Below, piece after piece: positions 63,918-64,000 of a DNA stretch of 64,000 nt (its first letter is position 1; each line of letters starts with the position of its first letter). Under the pieces are notes generated by a model. It was not told the DNA's origin, did no database searches, and worked only from the letters and a program-made list of their open reading frames with translations. The stretch comes from Azolla caroliniana. Taxonomy: Eukaryota > Plantae > Polypodiophyta. The position numbers and the translations under genes were made by a program. The stretch spans positions 3,844,001 to 3,908,000 of the forward strand of contig JBHGNT010000009.1 in the NCBI GenBank assembly GCA_043228905.1. The letters are read 5' to 3'.

Positions 63918-64000
63918 ATGAATTTCTCCGTCGAGCAGCAGCAGCAGCAACAACAACAACAGCAGCAGCAGCAGCAGCAGCAGCAAAGACGAACCATTGT
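63918..64000 (+). CDS. Probable start of a gene with an N-terminal polyglutamine tract (truncated by window end)
   Basis: GCT-ATG then MNFSVEQQQ...QRRTI, open to the window end. Preceded by a CTT/GAA-rich leader and a GC-rich promoter-like region with TGGGCC and CACGTG motifs. Product not identifiable. Confidence 0.4.
   Translation, partial: MNFSVEQQQQQQQQQQQQQQQQQRRTI

Noticed and set aside
63194-63997. Minus-strand ORFs with poly-C/L/K/S and a transit-peptide-like MASFISP segment
   Set aside because: They are open only because of trinucleotide repeats; promoter-like motifs and the CTT-rich leader favour a plus-strand gene.

Overview
Land-plant nuclear DNA. A fern or other seed-free plant is plausible from the TE complement, but this is inference only. 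Three apparently intact host genes are present: an intronless F-box gene of the At1g30200/At5g46170 type (9051-10109, +), a three-exon At4g14310-like (KIN14B-interacting, WD40-like) gene with a GC-AG intron (18096-14052, -), and a two-exon GAUT10/11-like GT8 galacturonosyltransferase (55356-61642, +). A fourth gene probably starts at the right edge. The rest is mostly transposable elements whose nesting can be reconstructed from target-site duplications (TSDs). (i) A hAT element (<1-~5011) carries a captured genomic fragment of a DDX11/CHL1 helicase gene, antisense within the predicted 5'-UTR intron of its transposase. (ii) A chimeric LTR element (20933-29979) has Copia LTR/PBS/PPT around an LTR-less Gypsy gag-pol whose integrase is joined in frame to a Copia RT-RNaseH. 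(iii) A full-length L1-type LINE (31157-43114) was hit by a Copia element and a solo LTR 19 bp apart. (iv) A second Copia element sits inside a decayed DUF7869/Sola-like transposase. Solo LTRs, RTE/RTEX-type fragments, a hAT MITE and a chromovirus fragment are also present. No rRNA, tRNA or CRISPR array was recognised.
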